A stretch of DNA of 64,000 nt, taken from assembly GCA_043797125.1 (NCBI GenBank), contig JAZDPX010000023.1, forward strand, positions 3,098 through 67,097, read 5' to 3'. Numbering within the stretch: position 1 is the first letter of the stretch; each line of letters begins with the position of its first letter. The stretch comes from Candidatus Omnitrophota bacterium. GTDB taxonomy: Bacteria > Omnitrophota > Gorgyraeia > JABMRG01 > JAFGKX01. Under the pieces are notes generated by a model, which had not been told where the DNA came from, did not search any database, and saw nothing but the letters and a program-made list of their open reading frames with translations. The translations under genes were made by a program, and so were the position numbers. Positions 56,839 to 64,000 of this stretch are shown in pieces.

Positions 56839-57678
56839 ATGAGATTCTATCGTATAATAGTTCTGTCATTCTATGCTATTTTCATAAGTGGTTGCGCGAC
56901 TAGTTATGTTGCAAAGACCAGCGAAGTTTTTAAAACAGATACCGGAGAAAAATTTTATTCCAAAGAAATTGAAATTAAACCGCCGCCAATCAAATTACCG
57001 TTGGGCGAAAAATTAACATATCAGGTCAAGTGGCTCGGCATAAACGCAGGGACTATCGTTGCCAATATTGCGCCACAACTTGAGCAGATAAATGACCGTA
57101 GCGCTTGCAAAGTCAGGGTTACTGTGCGCACCAGTGATTTCTGTTCCGCTATTTACAGGATAGAGGATGAATATACCTCATATATAGACGCTGAAACCAT
57201 GGCTACGTTGAGGCATGAAGTCCACAGAAGAGAAGGCAGATACAAAAAGGATGCAATTACCGACTTTGACCAACAGCAGCACATGGCCTATTTTGAAAAC
57301 TTGCTTGATAAATCAAAGAAATCCTTTAAAATACCGGAGAATGCGCAGGATACCTTAAGCGCCTGTTATTATTTCAGGACGCTAAAATTAAAACTTGGCG
57401 AACGCATAAAATATTTTGTTGTGAATAACGAACAAAATTACGAACTCTTTGGCGTAATAGAAGATAAAAAGTTTATAAGAATTAAAGAATTAGGCAATTT
57501 TGAAAGCTTTTTTATCCAGCCGTACGCTAAGGAATTAAACGGCGAAAAGGTAAAAAAGGGAAAAGTAAGCGGCTATTTTAGCGCTGATGAAAAAAGGCTG
57601 CCCCTTTTGGCAGTTGTAGAAGCGCCGCTTTTTACGAAAGTTACCGCGACGCTGAGCAAGGTTGAAAAGATTGAATAG
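56839..57678 (+). CDS. DUF3108-like lipoprotein
   Basis: Lipobox ISGC, GEKLTY.VKWLGI.AG, QDTLSA.YY.R, D..RLP. Confidence 0.75.
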   Translation: MRFYRIIVLSFYAIFISGCATSYVAKTSEVFKTDTGEKFYSKEIEIKPPPIKLPLGEKLTYQVKWLGINAGTIVANIAPQLEQINDRSACKVRVTVRTSDFCSAIYRIEDEYTSYIDAETMATLRHEVHRREGRYKKDAITDFDQQQHMAYFENLLDKSKKSFKIPENAQDTLSACYYFRTLKLKLGERIKYFVVNNEQNYELFGVIEDKKFIRIKELGNFESFFIQPYAKELNGEKVKKGKVSGYFSADEKRLPLLAVVEAPLFTKVTATLSKVEKIE

Positions 57679-57681
57679 TTT

Positions 57682-57739
57682 GTCCCTCCAATGCTCCTGT
57701 TCGTCACATTGTCGGGACAAAATTTGCTTCGCAAATTTT
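57682..57739 (+). repeat. 58-nt structured leader, copy 2, directly before tRNA-Ser(GGA)
   Basis: Copy of 56573-56630 with a compensatory change in the second hairpin. Confidence 0.85.
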
Positions 57740-59257
57740 GGAGAGGTGCGAGAGCGGCTGAATCGGAGCGCCTGGAAAGCGCTTAGGCTTGAAAGAGCCT
57801 CCAGGGTTCGAATCCCTGCCTCTCCGCCAAGTAAGATACGGAGCGTTGGTTAAGTAATGTCGGAAGGTACCTTCCGACGAGAAATTTAATCGGCGCTCTT
57901 TTACTATAAAGTTCGAACCGATTTTCTCGAGATATTGCCTCTGCAACTCTAAATTTCCGTCTTGAAGCGCGTAACTTACTCTATTTAAATCGGTTACGAA
58001 ATCTTTCGCCCGTTCGAACCAATTATCGTCTCGCCCGTCAAAAAATTGCAATCGTTCCTGTAACTCTTTCTTTCTGTTAAGCAAATCTTCCTTTTTCTTT
58101 CTATACTCATCCAGCGATAAATTACCCTCTAAGTATAAATCTATTAGCTTGCTAACTTTACCATCTATATCGGTAATACACTCGGCAATTTTTTGACGAG
58201 GCGGACGCGATGACTGGACGGCCTCATTTTTGTCTTTTTCAAGCTCTCTTAAAATTTTTGCCGTCCAGTCATCACACAAAGAAACTTTTTGAAGAGTAGC
58301 CCTGATTTGAGTGGCAAGAGCTTCTTCTCTAACATACTTCTGCGAGCAATTTGTGAGACGCTTGGTACACCGATAATATGTATGACCCTTTTGTGTTTCA
58401 GCAGTAATCATACGTCCGCACTCACCGCACCTCATAAGCCCGCGCAAAATGAAACGCCTTACGGCTTTCTTTGGCTTGCCTCTACGAGCCATAACCTCCT
58501 GACACTTGTCAAAAAGTTTCTTTGTGATAATTGGTTCGTGAGTACCTTCGTATGTCTCGCCCTTGTAGCGAAACATGCCATAATAGAGAGGGTTGCTAAG
58601 GATATGCTGATATTGGCTGGCGCTTAGAGGCTTACTTTTTCTGCCTGTCATGCCGAGAGAGTTTATCTTATCTCGTATCTCGGCCAGCGCATATCTGCCG
58701 GCAGCATAAAGGGCGAAAGATTTCGTTATGAAAGGAGCTTTGCCCTCATCCTTGATAATAGTCCGTGTAGCGCGGTCATTTAGATAGCCTATCGGCGCCC
58801 ACTGTGGCCATATGCCCTTGCTAAGCTTTAACCGGATGCCTCGTCTTATATTCTCTGATAGCGCATCGATGTAATACTTGCTCTGCCCAAAGGTGATCGA
58901 CAGCATGAATTTGCCTTGTGCATTATTATCAAAGCGATATGTAGGAAATCGCAACTCCTTTATAATACCTCGATCTACTAAGTAGATTATCTTGCCCCCA
59001 TCGACGCTGTTACGAGCAAGACGATCGGGATGCCAGGCAAGTATGCCCTCTGCCTCATTAGCTTGTATTCGTGCAAGCATATCATTGAAGATAGGCCTGC
59101 CGGGTTTTTTGGCGGTTTTGGCCTCCACAAGCTCAGTAATGACTGTAAGATTCTCACGCTTGGCATACTGACGAAGCTCCACAAGTTGAGCTTCTATAGA
59201 TAAGATTTGACGATCATCGTCATCTGTAGACTTACGGGCATATATAAAATATTTCAT
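57704..59257 (-). CDS. Large serine recombinase; C-terminal 39 aa read antisense through the tRNA
   Basis: YARKS catalytic Ser, DRLARN, recombinase domain (GTHEPII), Zn ribbon CGECG...YYRC, coiled coil; tail WRRGRDSNP is antisense tRNA. Confidence 0.93.
   Translation of the reverse strand: MKYFIYARKSTDDDDRQILSIEAQLVELRQYAKRENLTVITELVEAKTAKKPGRPIFNDMLARIQANEAEGILAWHPDRLARNSVDGGKIIYLVDRGIIKELRFPTYRFDNNAQGKFMLSITFGQSKYYIDALSENIRRGIRLKLSKGIWPQWAPIGYLNDRATRTIIKDEGKAPFITKSFALYAAGRYALAEIRDKINSLGMTGRKSKPLSASQYQHILSNPLYYGMFRYKGETYEGTHEPIITKKLFDKCQEVMARRGKPKKAVRRFILRGLMRCGECGRMITAETQKGHTYYRCTKRLTNCSQKYVREEALATQIRATLQKVSLCDDWTAKILRELEKDKNEAVQSSRPPRQKIAECITDIDGKVSKLIDLYLEGNLSLDEYRKKKEDLLNRKKELQERLQFFDGRDDNWFERAKDFVTDLNRVSYALQDGNLELQRQYLEKIGSNFIVKERRLNFSSEGTFRHYLTNAPYLTWRRGRDSNPGGSFKPKRFPGAPIQPLSHLSKICEANFVPTM
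57740..57829 (+). tRNA. tRNA-Ser (anticodon GGA)
   Basis: GGAGAGG/CCTCTCC acceptor stem, AGCGC-CTGGAAA-GCGCT anticodon arm, long variable arm, GGTTCGAATCC, GCCA end. Confidence 0.95.
57824..57916. repeat. 93-bp inverted repeat, left arm (overlaps tRNA 3' CCGCCA)
   Basis: Reverse complement of 59277-59369 with 1 mismatch; contains the 20-bp palindrome GTCGGAAGGTACCTTCCGAC (57859-57878). Confidence 0.95.
58728..58749. repeat. 22-bp inverted repeat of the recombinase RBS/start region
   Basis: ATGAAAGGAGCTTTGCCCTCAT is the exact reverse complement of 59256-59277. Confidence 0.92.
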
Positions 59258-59276
59258 GAGGGCAAAGCTCCTTTCA

Positions 59277-59369
59277 TCGAACTTTATATTAAAAGAGCGC
59301 CGATTAAATTTCTCGTCGGAAGGTACCTTCCGACATTACTTAACCAACGCTCCGTATCTTACTTGGCGG
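59277..59369. repeat. 93-bp inverted repeat, right arm
   Basis: Matches 57824-57916 inverted; palindrome at 59315-59334. Confidence 0.95.
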
Positions 59370-59431
59370 TGTGTTCTCCGCCTTGTTCGAACTATCTTCA
59401 GGGGTACCCCTGAAGAAAAAATTTAAACAGT

Positions 59432-59455
59432 GTCATTCCCGCGAAAGCGGGAATC
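59432..59455. repeat. REP/dRS3-like palindrome
   Basis: GTCATTCCCGCGAAAGCGGGAATC (ATTCCC-N8-GGGAAT). Confidence 0.7.
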
Positions 59456-59547
59456 TTACACTACCTACTAAGGGCTCGTCCGCCTGCTGCCTTTTAAGCG
59501 TAAACTTGTGGACGGCAGCAGTGCCGAGCCCTCAACCGAAAGACGCA

Positions 59548-59591
59548 GGCAAAAAGGCAATTTTGGGCGGGGGCAAAATTGCCTTTTTGCC
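59548..59591. terminator. 18-bp perfect hairpin, possible bidirectional terminator
   Basis: GGCAAAAAGGCAATTTTG-8 nt loop-CAAAATTGCCTTTTTGCC. Confidence 0.5.
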
Positions 59592-59723
59592 AAAAGAACG
59601 GACAAAGATCAAAAATGCCTCGAGGGAAGATTTTGCTTTAAAAAATTAATTGATGTGGTAAAATAATATGAGGTTACTACCTCAGTATAACCACTAAAAC
59701 TATACTACTAAAGTTATAGTACA

Positions 59724-59936
59724 ATGTCAAGGATAAATATGCTATCAAAAAGACTTAAAGAATTAAGAAAAGAACGTAATTGGACTCAACAAGAGCTGGC
59801 TCAAAAGGCCAGCCTTTCGTTTAATGCTATTACAAAAATAGAACAAGGCGCGGCGAAACATCCTACGCTGAAAACATTGATTAAGTTGGCAGAAGTGTTT
59901 GGCATAAGTATCGATGAATTAGTAGGAAGGAAATAA
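59724..59936 (+). CDS. XRE-family HTH regulator (possible RM controller)
   Basis: LKELRKERNWTQQELA...ITKIEQG...PTL.TL.KLA.VF. Confidence 0.9.
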   Translation: MSRINMLSKRLKELRKERNWTQQELAQKASLSFNAITKIEQGAAKHPTLKTLIKLAEVFGISIDELVGRK

Positions 59937-59939
59937 CAT

Positions 59940-61148
59940 TTGGCAAACAGTAATCTTTTTAACGCAAAAAGGGTAAAGAACGATGAGTTCTATACCCAGT
60001 ACGATGATATTCAGATGGAGATTGAAGCGTATCTAGAGTACGACTCGGATGTATTTCGCGGCAAGGTAGTGTATTGCAACTGTGATGATCCATTCGAGAG
60101 CAATTTCTTTCGCTATTTCGTGTTAAATTTTAACAAGCTCGGATTGAAACAGCTTATCACAACTAGCTACAAGCCCTCGCCCGTAGCCAATACACAACTG
60201 GAATTGTTTGCTGAATACAAAACCGTCACAAAATCGAAAGGTCGTTCAAAGGTAACCGCCAATAAGTTTATTATCAACGAGGTGCACGACATAGACGGTG
60301 ACGGCGAATTTAACTTGAAAGACGTTGCTAAGCAGTTAAAGGCAAACAAGCATAACGAATGGACACCGTTAGAAGGCGACGGCGACTTCCGTAGTGATGA
60401 ATGTGTAAAGCTACTTAAACGATCAGACGTTGTGGTAACAAATCCGCCGTTCAGTCTATTTCGCGAATATGTTAAACAGCTTTTTGATTACAATAAAAAG
60501 TTTGTCATTATCGGCAACATGAATGCGATTACCTATAAAGAAGTTTTTCCAAAGATTAAAGAAAACAAGATGTGGCTTGGCGCGACAAATTTTAATACAG
60601 GTATGTATTTTCAAGTCTCCAATGATTTTGTTTATGCTGATACATACAAATTTGAACGTGAACAGAATGGGGTAAAAGTGAATCGTGTCCCAGGTGTTTG
60701 TTGGTTCACAAACCTTGATCATGGTCGACGTCATAAACCTTTACCATTGATGACCGAAGCAGAAATTATTAAGTTTGGCGCAAAAAAACCATTTCAAAAA
60801 TATGACAACTATGACGCTATAGAGATTCCATTGACTAAGCATATCCCGAGTGATTATAGGGGTGTGATGGGCGTCCCTATTAGTTTCCTTGATAAATATA
60901 ATCCTGACCAGTTTGAAATTTTAGGAGCCACTCAAAGAGGTTGCCACGATGAGGTTCCGGACACAAAAAAATATGATGATTACTGGGAAGTAAGGCAGGA
61001 TGGAAAGAAAACAGGATCATCTGGTGGAAAAACAAATGAAAATGCCAATTTGGTTGGCAATGACGGGAAAAAGAATTATTTCATAAATAGTAAAGGCCGA
61101 ATAATTCAATCCGCTTATCAAAGAATTTTTATAAGGCATAAAAAATAA
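59940..61148 (+). CDS. Adenine-specific DNA methyltransferase, EcoRI-methylase family
   Basis: KNDEFYT, VYCNCDDP, GDFRS.EC, VVTNPPFSLFRE, YDNYDAIE, MGVPISFLDKYNP.QF. Confidence 0.88.
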   Translation: MANSNLFNAKRVKNDEFYTQYDDIQMEIEAYLEYDSDVFRGKVVYCNCDDPFESNFFRYFVLNFNKLGLKQLITTSYKPSPVANTQLELFAEYKTVTKSKGRSKVTANKFIINEVHDIDGDGEFNLKDVAKQLKANKHNEWTPLEGDGDFRSDECVKLLKRSDVVVTNPPFSLFREYVKQLFDYNKKFVIIGNMNAITYKEVFPKIKENKMWLGATNFNTGMYFQVSNDFVYADTYKFEREQNGVKVNRVPGVCWFTNLDHGRRHKPLPLMTEAEIIKFGAKKPFQKYDNYDAIEIPLTKHIPSDYRGVMGVPISFLDKYNPDQFEILGATQRGCHDEVPDTKKYDDYWEVRQDGKKTGSSGGKTNENANLVGNDGKKNYFINSKGRIIQSAYQRIFIRHKK

Positions 61149-61149
61149 T

Positions 61150-62358
61150 ATGAAACCAACTTTAAAAACCGAAATTACTGTCAAAGATATTTGCGAAGGG
61201 TTCGTCTATAGCGAACTGGAGGGCAAGGGGCTATTCGGTTTATCTGGGAAACTTACTATTCAGCCTGAGTATCAGCGCAACTATATCTATGCTTCTCTTG
61301 ACGGCGGCAAAAAAGAAAAGGCCGTCATCGAATCAGTCATCAGGGGATATCCAATAGGGTTGATTTATTTTACTAAAGTAAACGAAAACAAATTGGAAGT
61401 TTTGGATGGACAACAACGCATTACCAGTCTCGGACGTTTCATAACTGATAAATTTGCTATTAAAGATGAAAATGGTATGGAGCAATATTTTCGCGGTATG
61501 GCAAAAAATAAAAAAGATAAGATATTAGAAACCAAACTTCTCATTTATGAATGCGAAGGTACAGAAAGTGAGATAAAAGAGTGGTTCAAGACAATCAATA
61601 TTGCCGGGGTTCCGCTCAGTGATCAGGAATTGCTTAACGCTGTGTATTCAGGGCCATTTGTAACACTTTGTAAGGAGGAGTTCAGCAATAGCCAAAACGC
61701 TAACATCCAAAAATGGAGCGCTTATATATCAGGTAGCGCCAATCGGCAGGATTTTCTGGAAAGAGCGTTTGATTGGGTCAGCAAGGATTGGGAAGACAAG
61801 AATTATGATCCAAGACATACTAGGCCGATCGGAAAATATATGAGTAGCCATCGTTATGACAAAAATATCACTGAGTTAAAAAAATATTTCAACAGTGTAA
61901 TCAATTGGATTTCTAGTGTATTTCCCGACGTTGAGAGCGAGATGCGCGGATTAGAATGGGGACGGCTATACGAAGAGTATCACAAGAAAACATATAATCC
62001 TGCTAAAGTATCAGGCGAAGTACAAAAGCTCTACGCTGATCCGTATATTAAAAATCGTAAAGGTATTTTTGAATATATTCTGGGTGGCTCGGTCGACACA
62101 AAATTGCTTGAGGTTAGAGTCTTTGACGAAGCAACTAAAAAAGCGGTTTATGCAACACAAACTGCTAAAGCAAAGAAAAAAGGCAAATCAAACTGCTCGC
62201 ATTGTGCTATTGGACACGATGCCAACAAGAGTAAGATTTGGAATTTTGTCGAAATGGAAGCTGATCATGTTGCAGCATGGAGTAAAGGTGGCAAAACAAC
62301 ATCTAAAAACTGTGAAATGTTATGTAAGACACATAATCGGGCAAAAGGTAATCGATAA
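61150..62358 (+). CDS. DUF262 (GmrS-like) + HNH endonuclease
   Basis: PEYQRNY, LDGQQR, F..IN..G.PL; C-terminal CSHC...EADH..AWSKGG.T...NCEMLC..HN..K. Confidence 0.88.
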   Translation: MKPTLKTEITVKDICEGFVYSELEGKGLFGLSGKLTIQPEYQRNYIYASLDGGKKEKAVIESVIRGYPIGLIYFTKVNENKLEVLDGQQRITSLGRFITDKFAIKDENGMEQYFRGMAKNKKDKILETKLLIYECEGTESEIKEWFKTINIAGVPLSDQELLNAVYSGPFVTLCKEEFSNSQNANIQKWSAYISGSANRQDFLERAFDWVSKDWEDKNYDPRHTRPIGKYMSSHRYDKNITELKKYFNSVINWISSVFPDVESEMRGLEWGRLYEEYHKKTYNPAKVSGEVQKLYADPYIKNRKGIFEYILGGSVDTKLLEVRVFDEATKKAVYATQTAKAKKKGKSNCSHCAIGHDANKSKIWNFVEMEADHVAAWSKGGKTTSKNCEMLCKTHNRAKGNR

Positions 62359-62432
62359 AGCGCGATTGTGTTGAGATCGGTGCCGCCCTCGAAGGAAATG
62401 GGGAAGGTAGCGCGTTAAAGTGAGAGGTATAT

Positions 62433-63203
62433 ATGAAAACAAAAGACCTGCTATTGCCAAAAATTGTTTTTGAAGCTAAGTACAAACAGGGATATCGATA
62501 TCTTGATAGATGTGGTGAAACAATGATCGAAGTAGAAAATAAATTAAAAAATTGGAATGCCAAAGAAGCTAATATTTCTTCTGGCCAAATGCAAAATATA
62601 TCAGAAAATATGATTTTTAATTTTAGCAGTCTAAAATTGGATCTAAACCAAAATAATGTCAAAGATTTAGATTGCACTAACTTTTTTACTTATTCAAAAG
62701 AAATATTTAAAATTGTATCAAAAAATCTCGGAATTAAAGATTACATTAGATTTGGGTTGCGATATTGGTTATTATATCCAATAGATTCGGTAAAAACCGG
62801 ACGTCGCATATTGTCAACAAACGGATTTTTTAAAATTGATAATAAAATAGAGAAAATGTTTGATAAGGAAATTAAGGATAGGAATTTTATAGCCGTCCTT
62901 GAAAAAGATAAAGAAGGACACAGGATATCTTTAGCAATGGTTTTTAAAGAGGGGACGAATATAGAAAAAGAGGAAAATAAATTCTTAACGACAGCTCCTC
63001 ACAAATTACCAACAAAACAAAAAGAAGCTCTGATTGCTCAGCTAGAACGGAAGCAGAAACAAGCAGAAAATCCTGACGTAGCTCTGCTTATAGATATAGA
63101 TAGTTATATCAATGATCCTAAGACCGAGCAGCTAGATGGTTTTATTAAGTCGGCAGCAGATGTTACAATAAAAAATGCCATTAGTTTGATCGAGGAGAAA
63201 TAA
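62433..63203 (+). CDS. Hypothetical protein, TIGR04255-like
   Basis: VFEAKY, RFGLRY, LLIDID pattern. Confidence 0.5.
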   Translation: MKTKDLLLPKIVFEAKYKQGYRYLDRCGETMIEVENKLKNWNAKEANISSGQMQNISENMIFNFSSLKLDLNQNNVKDLDCTNFFTYSKEIFKIVSKNLGIKDYIRFGLRYWLLYPIDSVKTGRRILSTNGFFKIDNKIEKMFDKEIKDRNFIAVLEKDKEGHRISLAMVFKEGTNIEKEENKFLTTAPHKLPTKQKEALIAQLERKQKQAENPDVALLIDIDSYINDPKTEQLDGFIKSAADVTIKNAISLIEEK

Positions 63204-63205
63204 TT

Positions 63206-63793
63206 ATGGACGACATGACAGAGGAACTTGATTTTAATGATTTAGATGATACGAAATTTTTCGAAAATAGAGATCTTCTATACGCCAATGATATATTAAT
63301 GAGGAAAACAACGGATATAAGTGGAAGAGTGCCTGGTTATATAACAGCATATAAGACCGGAGAATATGTTAAAGACATTGAGCCAGCTAAGACTGCAGTA
63401 GTCAAGAAAGAAGAAGTTGATAAAAGAATCGAAGATGTTACAAATATAGCAGATGAAATTTTAGAAAATATAGATGATGCAGTTGTTATTGCAAATCTAG
63501 TAGAGGCTCTTGGCGAAGCGTTAAATGAGTTATGGGCGATAAAAGAAAGCAGAGAACGTGAATTTGCAAAAGCCCTAGTAATGTTTCAAGCGGTAATAAG
63601 AAAAGACGGCGTAGATGTTACTAATAAGGAGCAATTGGCAGGTCTGGTTGAGGCTGTACAAATATTTCGAATACCAAACATAGCCGAAATTGATGTTACG
63701 AACTGTACGAGAAAACTTGAGGAAGCTCATCTAGATATATACAAACCTTTTAAAGAAAATCCTAAATTAAAAATAATTATTCAAGAGGAATGA
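63206..63793 (+). CDS. Acidic hypothetical protein
   Basis: GAGGAG RBS, 195-aa helical acidic ORF coupled to its neighbours. Confidence 0.65.
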   Translation: MDDMTEELDFNDLDDTKFFENRDLLYANDILMRKTTDISGRVPGYITAYKTGEYVKDIEPAKTAVVKKEEVDKRIEDVTNIADEILENIDDAVVIANLVEALGEALNELWAIKESREREFAKALVMFQAVIRKDGVDVTNKEQLAGLVEAVQIFRIPNIAEIDVTNCTRKLEEAHLDIYKPFKENPKLKIIIQEE

Positions 63794-64000
63794 TGGCTAC
63801 AACTACCCTTTTTCTAGATACAAGTATACAAGTTTCGCGAAAAGGCCATGATGATGCTGAAGTTGCAAAAATTGAAGGCATAATTGATAAATATGATTTT
63901 ATTAGTACCTCATCTTATGTTCGGCTAGAATTCAAGCAGTCGTATATTCAAGATTTGGTTTACTTACACAAAAATTTGGTTAAGGAAAAATCTTTTTGCA
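63790..64000 (+). CDS. PIN-like protein, 3'-truncated at window edge (not in ORF track)
   Basis: Manual translation MMATTTLFLDTSIQVSRK...ISTSSYVRLEFK, open to the window end; start overlaps the upstream stop. Confidence 0.55.
   Translation, partial: MMATTTLFLDTSIQVSRKGHDDAEVAKIEGIIDKYDFISTSSYVRLEFKQSYIQDLVYLHKNLVKEKSFC

Larger units (their letters stand above)
57824..64000. mobile_element. Genomic island at tRNA-Ser(GGA) 3' end, extends beyond the window
   Basis: Serine recombinase abutting the tRNA, followed by RM/defence-type cargo. Confidence 0.75.

Noticed and set aside
56573-57739. CRISPR array or T-box from the repeated leaders
   Set aside because: Only two copies 1.1 kb apart, no spacers or cas genes; too short and lacks the T-box consensus
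57662-57853. 63-aa + strand ORF
   Set aside because: It is simply a reading through the leader and tRNA-Ser(GGA)
59207-59649. ORFs 59207-59413 and 59371-59649 as stand-alone genes
   Set aside because: They run across the inverted repeat and hairpin array, with no RBS or recognisable family; relevant only as possible post-inversion tails
62359-62432. Integron attC site between cargo genes
   Set aside because: No convincing RYYYAAC...GTTRRRY pair with internal complementarity
57824-64000. Direct-repeat attL/attR pair delimiting the island
   Set aside because: No direct copy of the tRNA 3' end noticed in the window; the only copy is inverted, and the distal end is probably beyond 64000

Overview
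AT-rich bacterial window, almost all on the + strand; gene style is suggestive of PVC/Omnitrophota-like bacteria (inference only). (1) 1-33.6 kb: a large surface-glycan locus with GDP-sugar SDRs, Gmd, an HddA-like kinase, a His-type 3-dehydratase, GT2/GT4 and GT-C-like membrane proteins, two B12 radical SAMs and two TPP-dependent E1 alpha/beta pairs. One E1 pair sits beside an unusual lipoyl/PSBD-NeuD acyltransferase fusion. The block ends in a WcaJ-type phosphoglycosyltransferase. (2) 33.7-35.8 kb: small membrane protein, HAMP-GGDEF protein and a secreted repeat protein. (3) 36.0-46.7 kb: a complete-looking RiPP-type cassette: PqqD/RRE, GNAT, three paralogous radical SAM/SPASM enzymes, a 70-aa Cys-containing precursor candidate, an HprK-like kinase, an ABC exporter, a B12 radical SAM, a PRMT-like methyltransferase and an S24/S26 peptidase-nucleotidyltransferase fusion. 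(4) 46.9-56.6 kb: Wzc/Wza export genes with an ExeA-like ATPase, an HD-GYP-like protein and a TPR protein. (5) Two tRNA-Ser genes sharing a 58-nt structured leader. (6) From 57.8 kb: an island at tRNA-Ser(GGA). Its large serine recombinase gene is flanked by 93-bp inverted repeats whose inversion would swap its C-terminus, and it carries a 22-nt perfect anti-RBS sequence. Defence-type cargo follows (XRE, EcoRI-like methylase, DUF262-HNH, PIN-like). All calls come from reading motifs by eye; no database searches were run.
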